Positions 26,619-37,167 of a stretch of 64,000 bases of DNA are shown here, piece by piece. Under the pieces are notes generated by a model. It made no database searches. It worked only from the letters and a program-made list of their open reading frames with translations, and was not told where the DNA came from. Made by a program: the position numbers and the translations under genes. Position 1 is the first letter of the stretch, and each line of letters opens with the position of its first letter. The stretch comes from a virus, in IMG/VR virus record IMGVR_UViG_3300017917_002740, positions 1 to 64,000 of that record. One strand, given 5' to 3'.

Positions 26619-29089
26619 GGTAATTTTTCTCCACGTTGCGGATATGCAAGGTATTTATCCTCTATTTCTCCGTCTAAAATATCTATTATATATCTATCTG
26701 CTACAAAGTCGATTAATTTAAAATCGTAGTTAGCAGCTTTGATTCTTGCCAAAACACCCGGCGATCTTCCAGGTTTAACATAGCACAATGGCAGAGCTTT
26801 AACATATCCAGATTCAGTAGTAGTACCGTCCTGGATACTGCGCATCCATAATGGTAATAGTTCTCTATCACGATCGCCAACTGTGTTGATTCTCGATCTC
26901 ATATTTTTTATACTATTTGGAAAAACTCGCTGATGATCAGCATCGCTAACAAACGGAATATCGCTGTCAACTTTTATAGCATCATAACTTACAAGAACTT
27001 TGCTTTTTATGGTATTTGATAATTCCATAGTTTGACTAATACTCTTTCCATTTTTTTCGTATTCGTCGATGATTTCTGCATATATTAGTTCGTAGATATC
27101 TTCTTGAGTTTCTGGATCTTTAGCAGTGGCTGATTTGACACCTCCAAATAACAATCTCTTTCTGTAATGATTGCGGCTCATAGCCTGCACATATTTCACA
27201 GCCTCTGCACTTTCGATACCTGCATAAATTAATACTCTTAAATCGGTTTGTATACCAAAGTTTGGATCACCGTAACGATAGATATCATCTGGTCTAAAAA
27301 TAGTTGCATCTGTGATAAAGTCATACCAACTTAGCCTCTTGGTCTTTGTTTGGAATGCTTTGACATACAGATTGGCAAACGTTTTGGTCTGATCTGCTAT
27401 TACTGTTATAAAAAAAGTTCTCTCTGATGCAGCAAAGTTTACACTGTCTCGAGCTCTAATTGTAAATGTGAATTTTTTATCAAATGTAGTTTCGCCACCG
27501 TCAAATACACCTGTGAAATTTCTTGACAGAGTTGAACTATCTTCGGCCGGTGCAAGGCTATCAGTCCTTTCATAAAATCTTGTTAATCCAGGGCCTGCAT
27601 CGTCGGCAAACTGTTTGACCTTGCCTTCTATAATTCCTGTTGATAAAAATGATAATCCTGGAGGTAATTTACCAGAAACAAATTCGTAACCTATTCGACC
27701 ACCATACAGTAAACTTTCCGCCTCTACATAAATTCTGCTGGGCTGATTAGGTTTAATTGTACCTCGATCACTGGGAGTAATCCAAGTAACCGCACTTTCG
27801 ATTTCACCGATTATTTCTACAGAAAATGTTTTTGATGCAGACGATGTTCCCGGTCTCCAATAATCTTGATCTGTGGGCAATCTATTTCTATGAGCCACTA
27901 AACAAATATAAATTATGTTATCGTAAATCACAGCCTCGTTAACAAAATAATTTAAATTGGCATTCCAATTACCTCTTAAGGTATATTGAGTATAAGCTAA
28001 TTCTGCTGGATAATTTACAGCCAGCATGGTAAAGTTATATGTTTTACTAATACGAGCCTGATAAGGAACTCGACCTGCTATTTCACCAGTTATGCTGTCT
28101 AATTCCATACCTGGTGGTAGTTCGCTTATTGAGTTATCTGGATTATTGGGTAAAAGGAAATATGTTATTGTACCTGTTAGTGTTGGTGGATCGTAAACAT
28201 CTAAAAATATTGTAACATAATTATTAGCACGGAATCTTCCAAGATTACTTTCAGTGATCCAAATAGGCTTTCTGGCACTGGAACTGTCTGCTTGGAATAG
28301 ATTTGTATCTACTTGTACAATACTGTTATCGGCCTTGAGAAACTCTTCGGTGACAACATAAATTTTAAAAATTCTGTTGACAGCATTGGCTCCGTCAGTT
28401 ACTGCTACTGCAAAAGTATAAACTCGACTTAGTCTTCTTGGAGTTCTGCTGGGTTCATTATAGTCGTAGGTTTGAATATCGTAGGTAAACGTATCGAAAC
28501 CATTGGATCTTGCTTCGATAAAATCTAAAGGAATCACATCCATCGGCGCGGTATCGTACCCGCCGTAAGGATCGTTTGCATATTCTAATGCAAAAATAGG
28601 ATCAGTGAATCCTGTAATTCTACCATCTCTGCTCAATGATAATCCTGGAGGAAGTAAACCGCCATTGGGCAACAGGTAATATTCTAATTCATCACCTGCA
28701 CTAATGTCTGTGTCGTCTGCTTCTAATTGAAAATCTACTTTGGCGTTGTCTAAAACAAAGTATGCTTTAGCAGGACCGACATTTAAAAATCCTTCTTTGG
28801 TCAGCCACTCTGGAATGTCACTGCCATCTACAGCAATGCTAAAAGTTCTATCTTCAATATCAGTACCGTCGTCTGCACGTATAACAAATTTACTTTCGGT
28901 ATATCTTCTAACTTCAACCGGCGAACCTTTAATTGAATTTCCTACTAATCGTAATCCCCTGGGTAGATTTCCTGCTATAAGAGAATAGGTCACAGTTCCT
29001 ACATTGGATGTAGCAGACAAGGAAATATCTACGATTATACGCTCTGTTAGAACCGTTAATTTTCCTGCAGGAGTAATCCAGGTAATCAT
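26615..29089 (-). CDS. baseplate wedge-like protein with putative Ig domains
   Basis: Repeated W.T..G.L and G.LP.GL.L...G.I.G He_PIG-type repeats. Confidence 0.7.
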   Translation of the reverse strand: MITWITPAGKLTVLTERIIVDISLSATSNVGTVTYSLIAGNLPRGLRLVGNSIKGSPVEVRRYTESKFVIRADDGTDIEDRTFSIAVDGSDIPEWLTKEGFLNVGPAKAYFVLDNAKVDFQLEADDTDISAGDELEYYLLPNGGLLPPGLSLSRDGRITGFTDPIFALEYANDPYGGYDTAPMDVIPLDFIEARSNGFDTFTYDIQTYDYNEPSRTPRRLSRVYTFAVAVTDGANAVNRIFKIYVVTEEFLKADNSIVQVDTNLFQADSSSARKPIWITESNLGRFRANNYVTIFLDVYDPPTLTGTITYFLLPNNPDNSISELPPGMELDSITGEIAGRVPYQARISKTYNFTMLAVNYPAELAYTQYTLRGNWNANLNYFVNEAVIYDNIIYICLVAHRNRLPTDQDYWRPGTSSASKTFSVEIIGEIESAVTWITPSDRGTIKPNQPSRIYVEAESLLYGGRIGYEFVSGKLPPGLSFLSTGIIEGKVKQFADDAGPGLTRFYERTDSLAPAEDSSTLSRNFTGVFDGGETTFDKKFTFTIRARDSVNFAASERTFFITVIADQTKTFANLYVKAFQTKTKRLSWYDFITDATIFRPDDIYRYGDPNFGIQTDLRVLIYAGIESAEAVKYVQAMSRNHYRKRLLFGGVKSATAKDPETQEDIYELIYAEIIDEYEKNGKSISQTMELSNTIKSKVLVSYDAIKVDSDIPFVSDADHQRVFPNSIKNMRSRINTVGDRDRELLPLWMRSIQDGTTTESGYVKALPLCYVKPGRSPGVLARIKAANYDFKLIDFVADRYIIDILDGEIEDKYLAYPQRGEKLP

Positions 29090-29099
29090 GCCCTGCTCC

Positions 29100-29675
29100 T
29101 TAGACTATAGTACCGCAGTCGAGATCAAATCTTCCCGGAAGGTTAATTGTGCCGAAGTCCATATTGGCTGTGGCATATAATGCTTGTAATGAATTATTTT
29201 GTACGCCGGTTATTTTTCCAAAATCGTAACTGGTTAAAATATCTGTTACTGGTATGATAGTTTTAAAATTAACAGTAGAACCAGAAGTTGTAACTTCGAT
29301 GTCCTTTCTGCTGGTAGTAGAGCCCGGAGCCGCCGTACCAGTTAGAGTAAGTTGTTGATGTGTGCTGGCCAACACTGATCCAGAGTCTGTATCAAATCTC
29401 ACAAACGCATCTGCCGCTGTGCTGTTAATAACAATAGCATTGCCGGTATCATTTAGAGAAATCTTAGTTCCGCTGACAAGATTTTTAAATTCGAGATTAT
29501 TATCGACTTTTTGTTTAAAAACGCCAGATCCAGTAGTTCCTACATTAGAAGCTGTAATTGTTAAACTTGCGTCTAATTGTGCAAAATTTGCATTTACTTT
29601 TGCAAACGCGGTGCGTAGATCATCGCCCAGCCCGTCGTTTACTACATTTCCGATATTAATTGTTTGTATGGCCAT
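29100..29675 (-). CDS. baseplate/tail-fibre connector (gp9/gp10-like N-terminus)
   Basis: MAIQTINIG...NDGLGDDLRTAF.KVN.NF; late box at 29694-29699. Confidence 0.7.
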   Translation of the reverse strand: MAIQTINIGNVVNDGLGDDLRTAFAKVNANFAQLDASLTITASNVGTTGSGVFKQKVDNNLEFKNLVSGTKISLNDTGNAIVINSTAADAFVRFDTDSGSVLASTHQQLTLTGTAAPGSTTSRKDIEVTTSGSTVNFKTIIPVTDILTSYDFGKITGVQNNSLQALYATANMDFGTINLPGRFDLDCGTIV

Positions 29676-29726
29676 AATACGCTCTCTTTTATATATTTAG
29701 CAGGATATTGAACAATAAATAACCTG

Positions 29727-30188
29727 ATGGATATACACGCAGATAAAGACTTTTGGACCACATTAAAATGGCCTGCAGCTCCTAATTTAGAAGATTATAG
29801 GGTATTTGAACAATATTGCTCAGGACGTGTTCTTTTATTAGGCAGTACAAAATTACTGCTACCGTTATGTGCAGAGGCTTGGGATTTAGAGCCAAAATAT
29901 GATAATCCTAAGATTAAAAATCGAGACTGGTTTACTTTAGACGAATATTTTGATACTATACTAATAGACGGTGGATTATCATTTGGAGAAAAGTTTTGTA
30001 AGGATCTGCTTGAAGTTGTGCTGCCCAACTGTGATCGTTTTGTTGCCCGTGTTTTTCTAAACCCTAACTGGCCCACAAAGTATGCCTGCTATTTTCCACG
30101 AGCAGACGAACTTACCCCACAACCTATAGAACATCCTATTAACGAAGTTTATACATTTTATATATGGAACAACGAAAAACAATCTTAG
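29727..30188 (+). CDS. divergent Rossmann/SAM-methyltransferase-like protein
   Basis: VLLLGST...WDLEP...FDTILIDGGL motif spacing. Confidence 0.45.
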   Translation: MDIHADKDFWTTLKWPAAPNLEDYRVFEQYCSGRVLLLGSTKLLLPLCAEAWDLEPKYDNPKIKNRDWFTLDEYFDTILIDGGLSFGEKFCKDLLEVVLPNCDRFVARVFLNPNWPTKYACYFPRADELTPQPIEHPINEVYTFYIWNNEKQS

Positions 30189-30757
30189 CCATGTACTCTG
30201 GCGGACTCGATAGTTTGGGCATGATATACAAACTCTTAACTGAAGAGCAATATAAGGACTATGATATACACATTCATCATGTTCATAATAAGAATGTAGA
30301 AAATCGTTGGCGGGCAGAGCAACTGGCAGTGGATTCAGCACTACAAGAATTACGCCGATTAGGATTTAAGTTTGTTTACAGTGAAAGCGAAATAGGGTCA
30401 CCGCCGTTTGGCAAATATTTCTTATTTGACACAGACACCATGAATTTCTTTGCGGGTTATGTTGCTTCAGTAAATCCCAATATTAAAAAAGTTGCCATGG
30501 GCATGCAGGCCAACGATGGCAATCACAGTTTGGAAGATCGCCGAGTACGAGGTAATAAAATTCTGTCAGCGTTCACTGATGCGGAAAAGATCTATCCTGT
30601 ATTATATATGACCAAGCGTGAAATTTATGATCTGCTACCACAAAGCCTGCGTAACATTTTCTGGAGTTGCCGTCGCCCTGTTTATTTAGAAAACAGTATC
30701 ACACCCTGTAAAAAGTGTGATACCTGTGTCAAGTTACGAGATCAAGGTATTCGTTAA
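30164..30757 (+). CDS. QueC-like PP-loop ATP pyrophosphatase
   Basis: MYSGGLDS PP-loop; TKREI; WSC...CKKCDTC Zn motif. Confidence 0.7.
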   Translation: MEQRKTILAMYSGGLDSLGMIYKLLTEEQYKDYDIHIHHVHNKNVENRWRAEQLAVDSALQELRRLGFKFVYSESEIGSPPFGKYFLFDTDTMNFFAGYVASVNPNIKKVAMGMQANDGNHSLEDRRVRGNKILSAFTDAEKIYPVLYMTKREIYDLLPQSLRNIFWSCRRPVYLENSITPCKKCDTCVKLRDQGIR

Positions 30758-33234
30758 ACTCCGTAACGATTTCTTGTTGCGTTAAAGTTTTGTAGTACTT
30801 CGCCTGCTGTGAGTTCTTTACCGTAGCAGAGTACACGACCAATCTTACCGTTCAGCAAGTTCCCGCCAATACCAAAGCAGGCAATATTAGTGTTGCCATT
30901 TTGATTGTGCGGAGTTTGATAACTTAGATTTTGTGTGTCTAAAACACCATTTACATAAAGTTTTATACCGTTGGCCACGCTGAATGTTACAGTAGCACAG
31001 TACCAAGTATCGGTATTAAATGTCATAACAGATCCAAACGCATTATAGGGAAAAACGTTACTGTGACCAGCATACAGAGTCGTGCTTTGATTAAAATACA
31101 TAAAGTGTCCGCCATTGTCGCTGCTGACTAAGTTATTATCTGCTGAAAATGTGTCGATTTTGAACCATACCATTTTGGTATAGGCTGCTTGAGGTATGAT
31201 ATTAGAACCGGCTACGGTAGCATATTGATTTACACCATCGAAGTTAAAATATCCTGGAGGACCATTGTCCCAGTATGGATTGTTAAGTAATGTAGCATTG
31301 TTACCAAGGCCTGAAAGGTCGGTCCAGGTAGTGCCTGTGCCACTGTAACTTGTGGTATTATTAGCATCAAGATTTAATGTAAGACTGTCAGTGGCGATAC
31401 CATCAATATCAAAGGCCCAGTCCACACTGGCACCATAGTTAATACGATCACCTGCGTCAAAGCGGATACTACCACCATAGGTTGGAGGCAGATATGTAAA
31501 GGTTAGACCACCTGCTGTACCAGGATCAAAGTTTACACCTATTCGAATTATTTCTGGAGTGATAAGATAAGCATTGGCTCTGACAGTTCCTAATATATCT
31601 TCACCGTAGGCCACAGTCCAGCCTGTTCTAACTTTTAATAGTTCTACGTTAAAGTTAGTACTGCTATAGTCTACTACATAAGTGGTAGGGCTATTGCCAC
31701 CGTAGGTATTAGTAGCTTGTGTTACACTGGTGAGGTCTTCAGAAACAGTATATACAAGTTCAGGCGGTGTGCTTGCTGGTAGGCTTGAAAACTGTAGGTT
31801 ACCAAAATAATTTGGATCAATGATATAGTCACTCCAACCTGCCCCGTCACTGACCAAGAGACCAACTCGCAAATTAGGTGGATATGGCGTAGGTGTTATG
31901 AGATTATTGCCATATCCTATAGCAGTGAATGTAGCACCTGGATATGTAAATGGATCATCTTCACTGTAAGTTGGTGTATTGCTCAGTATAGCAGCCTTGT
32001 AACTTACAACATCATCAAAGGCTGTGCCAGAACTCATTGCTGGTAGGAGGAACACAGTACCAGTCTGCGGCTGTACGGGTAATACAGGCACAGAGAAGTT
32101 TGTAGTATATTTGGCGTATCCTTTGATGATATGTAGGTCTTTGATGTAACCTTGGAAGTTACCGTTAGGTATCTCGCCTGTGCCTACCACGAGCTCTGCG
32201 TTGGTAGCAGTGATAGCTTGATTGGCATAGGGCCATGACATATACTCGCTACCATTTGAATAGAGTTTTACTGTGTTGTCTTTACGCACTATGGCCATGT
32301 GTTCCCAACCTATGCCGTAGTGATTTTTCAAAGGTCTATATTCTTGTTGTGCAGGGAAACCGTTGTTGATCCAGAAAAAATCTCTGCCAACACCTTCATA
32401 ACTTAGACTTACTACCTGTCCAGAAGCAGAATTTAATAAACCGATACACCAAGGTCGAGTATTTACACCAATGGCTTCTGCTTTCTGCCACCACTCAATG
32501 GTAAAGTCATCATAGATAAACTGTTGTGGTGCTTCGTACTTACTTCTTGTAGAATCATAGTTACTGGCTGTGTTGCCAAAGTCCAATCTAAATTCTGCCA
32601 GCATACCCTGATATCGGGCACTGATTCCATTGTTGGTTATGCTGGTTGTACCAAATCCTGCCACAAATGGATTGCCTTGTAACTCCCAGGAATGGGTGGC
32701 TGTGACCGCTGTTCCGCCGTTCAACTGTAGCAGAGCCTGTGTGCCGTTGTGTCTAAAGTAGATATGATTCCATTCATTGAGATTTACTGTGTTAGCAGTG
32801 GTCATTGGACCGATGTTCATACCTGCCCAGAATCCGCCAGTGATAGTATTATTGCCATTTATAGTCAAGGCAGCGTGATGGTAGTTAACGTTTTCTGTAG
32901 TCTGTCCCTGTATGGTCATTAGTATGCGGCCATTAGCAGTGGGATAGAACCAAATGTTCATATAGACCTGGCTAACGTTGCTGAACACACCAGTGGTCAT
33001 TAACTGATTAGTGCCATTAAAATCCCACATCTGACCGGTGGTCATATTGTCAGGAAACGTGTAATTAGAATTGTAAAAAGGTTTGTCAGGATCTATACCT
33101 GCGGATCCCCAGACTATGGGAGAACCATCCCAGAAGTGTGTGCCGTCTGGAGAAACACCACCCCCGCCTCCACCCCCGCCACCACCCGCGGATATGGTTA
33201 GATTAGTGCCTATAATCGCTTGTATAATGCTCAC
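30754..33234 (-). CDS. LamG/concanavalin-A-like domain virion protein (putative receptor binding)
   Basis: Several LamG repeats (DFTIEWW, WEHMAIVR, LNLDA...SYSG.GTTWTDLSG, EVLQNFNA.R.RYG). Confidence 0.8.
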   Translation of the reverse strand: MSIIQAIIGTNLTISAGGGGGGGGGGVSPDGTHFWDGSPIVWGSAGIDPDKPFYNSNYTFPDNMTTGQMWDFNGTNQLMTTGVFSNVSQVYMNIWFYPTANGRILMTIQGQTTENVNYHHAALTINGNNTITGGFWAGMNIGPMTTANTVNLNEWNHIYFRHNGTQALLQLNGGTAVTATHSWELQGNPFVAGFGTTSITNNGISARYQGMLAEFRLDFGNTASNYDSTRSKYEAPQQFIYDDFTIEWWQKAEAIGVNTRPWCIGLLNSASGQVVSLSYEGVGRDFFWINNGFPAQQEYRPLKNHYGIGWEHMAIVRKDNTVKLYSNGSEYMSWPYANQAITATNAELVVGTGEIPNGNFQGYIKDLHIIKGYAKYTTNFSVPVLPVQPQTGTVFLLPAMSSGTAFDDVVSYKAAILSNTPTYSEDDPFTYPGATFTAIGYGNNLITPTPYPPNLRVGLLVSDGAGWSDYIIDPNYFGNLQFSSLPASTPPELVYTVSEDLTSVTQATNTYGGNSPTTYVVDYSSTNFNVELLKVRTGWTVAYGEDILGTVRANAYLITPEIIRIGVNFDPGTAGGLTFTYLPPTYGGSIRFDAGDRINYGASVDWAFDIDGIATDSLTLNLDANNTTSYSGTGTTWTDLSGLGNNATLLNNPYWDNGPPGYFNFDGVNQYATVAGSNIIPQAAYTKMVWFKIDTFSADNNLVSSDNGGHFMYFNQSTTLYAGHSNVFPYNAFGSVMTFNTDTWYCATVTFSVANGIKLYVNGVLDTQNLSYQTPHNQNGNTNIACFGIGGNLLNGKIGRVLCYGKELTAGEVLQNFNATRNRYGV

Positions 33235-33243
33235 AGCAGATCC

Positions 33244-36200
33244 TTAATCGTTGTCGTAGATGTCACCCGGGCCACTGACAATCCATACATCTGGATAATC
33301 AGCATCGTTGTCGCTGGCACTCATAATGTAGCCTTCTTTGATTTTTAAGAATGTGACCATGCTTCCCGAACCCGAATCTGGAATACCAATTACATAAGTT
33401 TCTATATTTCGTCCTGCCAGTTTCAATCTACCACGATTACTTGGGCCGGATTGACATTGTATGTAACAATCTGAACCTGTGGTATTAACTAATGTAAATG
33501 TAAATCCTACAGGTAAAGTTTTTAACTGCCAATGCGGAATATAAACCCAACCATTCTCGTGTTCGTAGAATATGTGCTTGCCCGAATCCTGTTCTGTTAG
33601 ATAATAATCATTAGCTGCAGGAATCTGCGGAATAACATTGGTAGCAAAACTTTGTTTGCTGCCGTCACCAAATTCTAAATACCCTGCGCTGTCATCGGTG
33701 ATAGTATATGTCCATACTTTCAGTTCTCCGTCTGGTGCTCTGGTCACATAGTTGCGAGCATCAACAGTATTAGTAATAGTGTCAATGTGTTGATCTGCTG
33801 TGAATGATTCAAACGCTGGAGTAACAGTGGTCACGTTGACTGTGTGACGATTCATGATATGCTCACCAATGTTCCATCTTTCATCTATATCAATATTAAC
33901 TAAACCGTCTAACGGCAATTTCATTAGCAGAGAGTTGTAGTAGTTATCTGTAGGCACATAGGTATAGCCCGCCATGACAACATAATCTCCTGTGGCATCC
34001 GAGTAGATGTCGGTGAAATTAGCCGTAGGTGTGTTGTAATAGACTCTATTTCCGTTACCGTCTGAACTGAATACCCTGTGACGAATCACCGTACCATTGT
34101 CCGGGTTGATAATCATATAGGCCAGTCCGGAATTATTATTATTGGTTCCTTGCTCAAAACTTACAACGATGTTGTTACCTAAGGGCTTGAGGCTGATTTC
34201 TGGATCTACCCATTCTGCGACACCTTGTGCTTCCATTGCGTAGGTCTTTTGCCATACTGCTGTGCCTGCCGCAGTAATCCTTGTAAGGATAATTTCACTG
34301 CTTTCACCGCCGTACCATTCACCGCCTACCATGATATCTGTGCTGTTGGGTACAAGACATACCGCACGGGCTTGTCTATTAACAGTTGTGGCTTCAGTGA
34401 ACTTGATGTCCTTGCTCCAAACTATAGAACCATCTGTAGCATCAAATTTAACTACCAATGCTTGATCGTAGTTGGTTTCGTAACGTCCACGACCTACTGC
34501 GTACAAGGCTGTGCCGTCCGCACTCCAGGTAACATCGTAGAATCTATCACTGTTACCACCACCTATGGCATTGGTCCAGGTAGGTGTCCATACGAATGCT
34601 TCGCCGCCCAAGTTCTGACGCATTGACCACGAACCACCTGGAGCACTAAAGTCAACACCATCTACACGGATTTTTAATACATTTGTTGGACCAGTTCCTG
34701 ATATTGTGCCTCCTGTAATGGAGTTTATACCACCACCGCCACCAACTGAAAATATGGTTAATGTGGCATCGTTGGCAGGACTTGTGCCACCGCCAAACAA
34801 ACTGCCGGCAATGGTTAGAACATCACCTGCTACATAATTAGATCCAGGATCGTTAATTCCATTATATGAGAAACTGCCATCTGCTGGGTTAATATAAACG
34901 GAAATTTGTGCTCCACTACCAGTTTGATAGTTGGTGCCTGTGACATTATTATAAGTGCCGCCACCGACATCACCACCGGTTCCCGAAATAGATACTGCTT
35001 CAATTGATCCGCCTGCACCTATTTCTGTTACTTCAATAATAGCATCATTGGCAGGTGTAGCACCGCCCAAGGCAGTACCTAATATTTTAATCTTATGTCC
35101 TACCAGATAGTTTGTACCTTTGTTAGGAACTGTGGCTAAAGCACTGACATAGGCAAGACCATCTCCTGCTGAAACAACTTGAAATTCTGCTCCGCTACCT
35201 TGGCGTACTGTGGTTGCGAGACTGGTGTATTGATTAACTCCATCTACATTGTTCTGTCCATTGATTCCTGTACCTGTGACCCAAAAATCCGAATAGTTGT
35301 CATAAGGACTACCTGGATAGTGTTCGGCGTCTATTTCTGATTTCAGTATGTAAAAATATCCGTCCAATCCATTAAGTATTGACAGTAGGCCAAACTCACG
35401 GTATTCGTTGTACTTCTCACCAACTATGGCAATACCGCCATCAACCTCTAATGTAGCAATACTGTTGGGGAAGATATCGCCTTCATCACTGAGTGTAACA
35501 GTTTCCTCTATAACACCAGTAAGCGGATTTATGAAATAGACATTAGCCCAAGTCCAGAAGTTGTCTTGTGCGTCGCCTCGACCAGTGCTATATTCTGTAG
35601 TTACTATAAGTTTATCGTTAAAATCGTCGTAGGCAATAGCACAGACATCGCCTTGGATATCATCGTAAAATGATGAAATAGTTGAATTATATGTAAGGAT
35701 GCCGACATCGTAGCCCGGTTTAACTGAAGCAGTAACTATTCCACCCGATCCGTCAATCGAGTTCACGATGATAATAAAATTGTTGTTCCAACCACCACCA
35801 ATCTCGTAACCCTCAAATGGGATCTCTTCGCCTACTTTGTATCCTGTACCTACTTGGGTAATACCATTAATTGTAATGGTTCCGCCGCCAATTGTTATAG
35901 CAAATGTTGCTCCACGTCCTGCGGTAATTTGTTTGACCCATACTTGCTCACCTGTACGAATATCAAACTTATAAATCTTGGCATTATCGTTGCTGTTGTC
36001 GATATAGTAGTCACTGCCCAAGACATAAGCATAGTTGCCACGCACTACCACGCTCTCAAACCAAGCGTCGTCATCATTGTTAGGACGATCACCTACGAGG
36101 TTGATGAAGCCTTTTATGGTATTGGGTATTGATGGAGTGCCGCCACCTAATACACTTTGTCCACTGCTGTTAAGAATGTCGCCACCTGACGGTAATCTTA

Positions 36201-37155
36201 ATGCTCCGTTGCTACTAAATTCCCAAGTCTTACCATCTTCGTCAGCATTAATAACAACACTATTGCCGCCGCTGATCCTTAATGCATTTCCGTTAATATT
36301 TTCGTCTTGATCGATGTAACCATAACTAAAACGAATTTCTCCACCTTCGGGTAGTTCTAAATTACCGTTGGTATTGAATGTCCATAACTTGAAACTTTCA
36401 ATTGAGTTTGTAAAAATATTAATGTTACCTTCACTGGTAATTGCTAATGAGCCACCACCGAAACTTTCGCTTATTCTATAGTCTGATGTTCCTGGAAACT
36501 TTAAACTGCCATCGACACCAAATTGCCATTCTTTTTCGCCAGCTGATGACTTTACAAATACATCACTGTCTGATTCAATAGTTAAATCGCCATCATTGGT
36601 CTTAATTGTTGCTTGATCAGCCTGTAGAATATCACCGTCGAAACTATAGTTTCCTAATCCCGGACCACCACCGCCTAATAATCCAGTATTGTCAGTTAGT
36701 TCTGAAATGTCTGTTGGCGCATTGGGGATATCTGTGTAGGTTATGTTTTGACTGATAGGAATGTTGTTTACTCGCAGTTCGTTAGTTCCTGGTTCGAGGC
36801 TTAATGGAACACCTCCGAGATATACTGTTGAATTACTAACATATAATGATCTGAACGGACGTGTTGGTGAACCAAGATTTCCACCTTGAGCTACAGATGG
36901 TAAAATGTCGCCACCTACTGTTAAATCGCTGCTGATTATTGTTGCTTGATCAATCACAATAGAACTACTGTCAGTAGTACTCATGGTACTACCTGTAAAT
37001 TCAAATGCTCCAAGATTTAGTGTAGGATCATTGACCAATCCCAACTGTGTATAAAGTTCCGTAAAATTTGAATTTACTTTTTGGAACGCGGCTCGTAGGC
37101 TGTCGCCTTTTTTGTCATTAGCTGTTTGACCTACATTAATTGTTTGTTTTGCCAT
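33244..37155 (-). CDS. tail fibre/baseplate protein with beta-propeller-like region
   Basis: gp9/10-like N-terminus; W.F...G.L..P fibre repeats; W.K propeller-like repeats. Confidence 0.75.
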   Translation of the reverse strand: MAKQTINVGQTANDKKGDSLRAAFQKVNSNFTELYTQLGLVNDPTLNLGAFEFTGSTMSTTDSSSIVIDQATIISSDLTVGGDILPSVAQGGNLGSPTRPFRSLYVSNSTVYLGGVPLSLEPGTNELRVNNIPISQNITYTDIPNAPTDISELTDNTGLLGGGGPGLGNYSFDGDILQADQATIKTNDGDLTIESDSDVFVKSSAGEKEWQFGVDGSLKFPGTSDYRISESFGGGSLAITSEGNINIFTNSIESFKLWTFNTNGNLELPEGGEIRFSYGYIDQDENINGNALRISGGNSVVINADEDGKTWEFSSNGALRLPSGGDILNSSGQSVLGGGTPSIPNTIKGFINLVGDRPNNDDDAWFESVVVRGNYAYVLGSDYYIDNSNDNAKIYKFDIRTGEQVWVKQITAGRGATFAITIGGGTITINGITQVGTGYKVGEEIPFEGYEIGGGWNNNFIIIVNSIDGSGGIVTASVKPGYDVGILTYNSTISSFYDDIQGDVCAIAYDDFNDKLIVTTEYSTGRGDAQDNFWTWANVYFINPLTGVIEETVTLSDEGDIFPNSIATLEVDGGIAIVGEKYNEYREFGLLSILNGLDGYFYILKSEIDAEHYPGSPYDNYSDFWVTGTGINGQNNVDGVNQYTSLATTVRQGSGAEFQVVSAGDGLAYVSALATVPNKGTNYLVGHKIKILGTALGGATPANDAIIEVTEIGAGGSIEAVSISGTGGDVGGGTYNNVTGTNYQTGSGAQISVYINPADGSFSYNGINDPGSNYVAGDVLTIAGSLFGGGTSPANDATLTIFSVGGGGGINSITGGTISGTGPTNVLKIRVDGVDFSAPGGSWSMRQNLGGEAFVWTPTWTNAIGGGNSDRFYDVTWSADGTALYAVGRGRYETNYDQALVVKFDATDGSIVWSKDIKFTEATTVNRQARAVCLVPNSTDIMVGGEWYGGESSEIILTRITAAGTAVWQKTYAMEAQGVAEWVDPEISLKPLGNNIVVSFEQGTNNNNSGLAYMIINPDNGTVIRHRVFSSDGNGNRVYYNTPTANFTDIYSDATGDYVVMAGYTYVPTDNYYNSLLMKLPLDGLVNIDIDERWNIGEHIMNRHTVNVTTVTPAFESFTADQHIDTITNTVDARNYVTRAPDGELKVWTYTITDDSAGYLEFGDGSKQSFATNVIPQIPAANDYYLTEQDSGKHIFYEHENGWVYIPHWQLKTLPVGFTFTLVNTTGSDCYIQCQSGPSNRGRLKLAGRNIETYVIGIPDSGSGSMVTFLKIKEGYIMSASDNDADYPDVWIVSGPGDIYDND

Positions 37156-37167
37156 TTACTCGCTCCG

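Noticed and set aside
33156-33190. C-rich run (G-rich on the minus strand), possible G-quadruplex or phase-variation tract
   Set aside because: Encodes a poly-Gly linker with mixed codons; homopolymers are no longer than 6 nt
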